DNA of 15,854 nucleotides from Candidatus Thalassarchaeaceae archaeon (GTDB lineage: Archaea; Thermoplasmatota; Poseidoniia; Poseidoniales; Thalassarchaeaceae), in NCBI GenBank assembly GCA_030747675.1, contig JASLKH010000093.1, positions 1-15,854 of the forward strand. Reading direction: 5' to 3'. Each line of letters starts with the position of its first letter. Positions within the stretch are counted from its first letter, which is position 1. A program made the position numbers and the translations under genes. Below, piece by piece: positions 14,253 through 15,854 of the stretch. The notes under the pieces are model-generated. The model did no database searches. It worked only from the letters and a program-made list of their open reading frames with translations, and was not told where the DNA came from.

Positions 14253-15854
14253 CTACTGATTGAAAACTTCATTTTCTGGTTGATAAGATAGAGGTGTTTC
14301 GAACTGCTGTCTTTCTAAAAGAGGTGTACGTATCTGCGACTCTTTCTCTTTCGGTTTCTTCTTACGCATACCCGCAAGCACCCATAATGCCATCAAAAAT
14401 GAGACAATCTGAACATTATTGGATGGCTCAGCAAGCCAAGCGATAGCAGCACCTGCACCTTGAGGGGGTTCAGCTTGAAGGGTCACTGGGAATTCTGCTG
14501 CTAAACCATTGGAATCATGCAGTTGAACTGTACCCTCTGCTACCATTCCAGGGGATAGTAATCCCTGAGGATCAATGGATATTTCAAGCGTACTCCCATC
14601 GCCAATAGTTTGTGGAGATTCTATGGTTGCGATACGAGAGAGTGGGCCTTCGATAACGATTTCATAGTCTGAAAAACCATCTCCTGTAAAAGTTAGTGGA
14701 ATCGAAACAATCGACTGGTCTTCAACTGGGATTTCACTTTCAAACTGTCTAGGTATCAGTCGATTATCAACTATTGACCATGACAATCGTATGTCGGTTG
14801 CTGGGTTATTTGCCCCACATCCGATAGTGCCCTCAATCAGGCCTGAATCACCAGGGGTTGATTCGCCAACCCATTCAAGAGGGAATGTGCGAGTTTCTCC
14901 CGCTTCCATTTGTTGCGCACCTTCAAGGGAGATAATACGATTATCATCACTTGTCACTTGGGACCATGGCATGCAATTTTGACGTGCTGTGAATACAATC
15001 GGAATTGACTCGCTGCCTAGTAACCGAATTGGTGATGGCGGGGGCATGACATCTGCAGCACCAACTCCTTCGCTAGAAATTGTCACATCAGTTCCTGCCG
15101 AATCAAATTCAGTAACTTCGACTGTCCAATGGACCAAACGACCATGGCCATCTCTGATTTCGATTCCTTCTGCACCAAACTTCCCACCGGTGAATACATC
15201 ACCTGAAGCACCGTCATCTTCACCCCTGATTAGTCCGTCGTCTCCATCTGCTTCAATGACTTTAATCCAAGCAAAATCAGGGTTGTGGTTAACTTCATTA
15301 CTTTCAATGTCGCCATTGTTCAAGTTTTGTTGCGTAACAAGTAAACCATGCCCAGGTATTTTTCTATCGAAACCAGAATTTTGTCTTGATTCCATCCACA
15401 CATATTCGCCTGGTGCTATTTCAATTCTAAAAATCCCTGAATTAGTGACATGAGATGGAATCAGGTACGACTGGTTTTCAGGACCCGCTTCACCAATGTG
15501 CAAATCCAATGGTTCTACTGCACCAATTAAGTCCAATGTTGCTGATGTTGGTAAAGCTGGTGTCCTTCCGTTATTGCCATTCCAATTACCACTCGCCATG
15601 ATGTCCCAATCACCTAATCCACTCCATGGATCTGAGGGTGCGTCACTGTGTACATCATACAGGTCTAGAGCACCCAACATATGCAGCATTTCATGCGTTA
15701 TTGTGCCCATCCCAGAATCAAATGAGGCCATACAATATTGACCGATTTCGGTATCACCAACCGTGATACCAAAGGCAAGTGGCGAATAATGGCTCCAAAT
15801 TGCTGAAGTCCCACCATTGTCTTCCTGTGCCCCACCCGTATGTAAAATTAGTAA
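14253..15854 (-). CDS. M6-family (immune inhibitor A-like) zinc metalloprotease with C-terminal membrane anchor, 5' truncated
   Basis: THEMLHMLGALDLYD (HExxH), GLGDWDIMASGNWNG and EYVWMESRQNSGFDRKIPGHGLLV. I translated the frame past 15731 and it stays open to the window edge (LLILHTGGAQEDNGGTSAIWSHY...). The C-terminal helix VQIVSFLMALWVLAGM is followed by RKKKPK. Confidence 0.92.
   Translation of the reverse strand, partial: LLILHTGGAQEDNGGTSAIWSHYSPLAFGITVGDTEIGQYCMASFDSGMGTITHEMLHMLGALDLYDVHSDAPSDPWSGLGDWDIMASGNWNGNNGRTPALPTSATLDLIGAVEPLDLHIGEAGPENQSYLIPSHVTNSGIFRIEIAPGEYVWMESRQNSGFDRKIPGHGLLVTQQNLNNGDIESNEVNHNPDFAWIKVIEADGDDGLIRGEDDGASGDVFTGGKFGAEGIEIRDGHGRLVHWTVEVTEFDSAGTDVTISSEGVGAADVMPPPSPIRLLGSESIPIVFTARQNCMPWSQVTSDDNRIISLEGAQQMEAGETRTFPLEWVGESTPGDSGLIEGTIGCGANNPATDIRLSWSIVDNRLIPRQFESEIPVEDQSIVSIPLTFTGDGFSDYEIVIEGPLSRIATIESPQTIGDGSTLEISIDPQGLLSPGMVAEGTVQLHDSNGLAAEFPVTLQAEPPQGAGAAIAWLAEPSNNVQIVSFLMALWVLAGMRKKKPKEKESQIRTPLLERQQFETPLSYQPENEVFNQ

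Noticed and set aside
14989-15453. 154-aa + strand ORF (also 14791-14982 and 15496-15741)
   Set aside because: Ser/Pro-rich antisense shadows of the well-supported M6 protease.
1-15854. CRISPR array, tRNA/rRNA, IS element, integrase or defence system
   Set aside because: I saw no spaced repeats, RNA-gene-like segments, or transposase/nuclease motifs. Intergenic gaps are about 120 nt or less. TPR and HEAT repeats alone are not evidence of a defence system.

Overview
Gene-dense prokaryotic window, most likely archaeal. Evidence: a TrmB-family regulator, a PGF-CTERM archaeosortase signal and GGTGA/GGAGTGA-type ribosome-binding sites. The acidic, membrane-anchored S8 and M6 peptidases suggest marine Thermoplasmatota such as Ca. 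Poseidoniales (Marine Group II); this assignment is inferred, not searched. Left to right: 3' end of an unidentified + strand gene; S8 peptidase (-); HesB/IscA Fe-S carrier (-); FdhF/YdeP molybdopterin oxidoreductase (-); FdhD (-); divergent TrmB-HTH/effector-domain/V4R regulator (+); zinc-ribbon/TPR protein (-); PI-PLC X-like phosphodiesterase (+); membrane protein with HEAT repeats (-); 56-aa membrane protein (+); PqqD/RRE-like protein (+); PGF-CTERM surface protein (+); small hypothetical (-); 5'-truncated M6 metalloprotease (-). I recognised no rRNA, tRNA, CRISPR array or mobile element. The best leads are (i) a four-Cys V4R-TrmB regulator facing an fdhD-ydeP-hesB module, (ii) a possible channel-pore-like domain lacking TVGYG and fused to HEAT repeats, (iii) a PqqD-like domain with no RiPP enzyme in the window, paired with a microprotein, and (iv) a PGF-CTERM protein with cupredoxin-like motifs in swapped order. 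All family calls are from motif recognition by eye; no searches were run.
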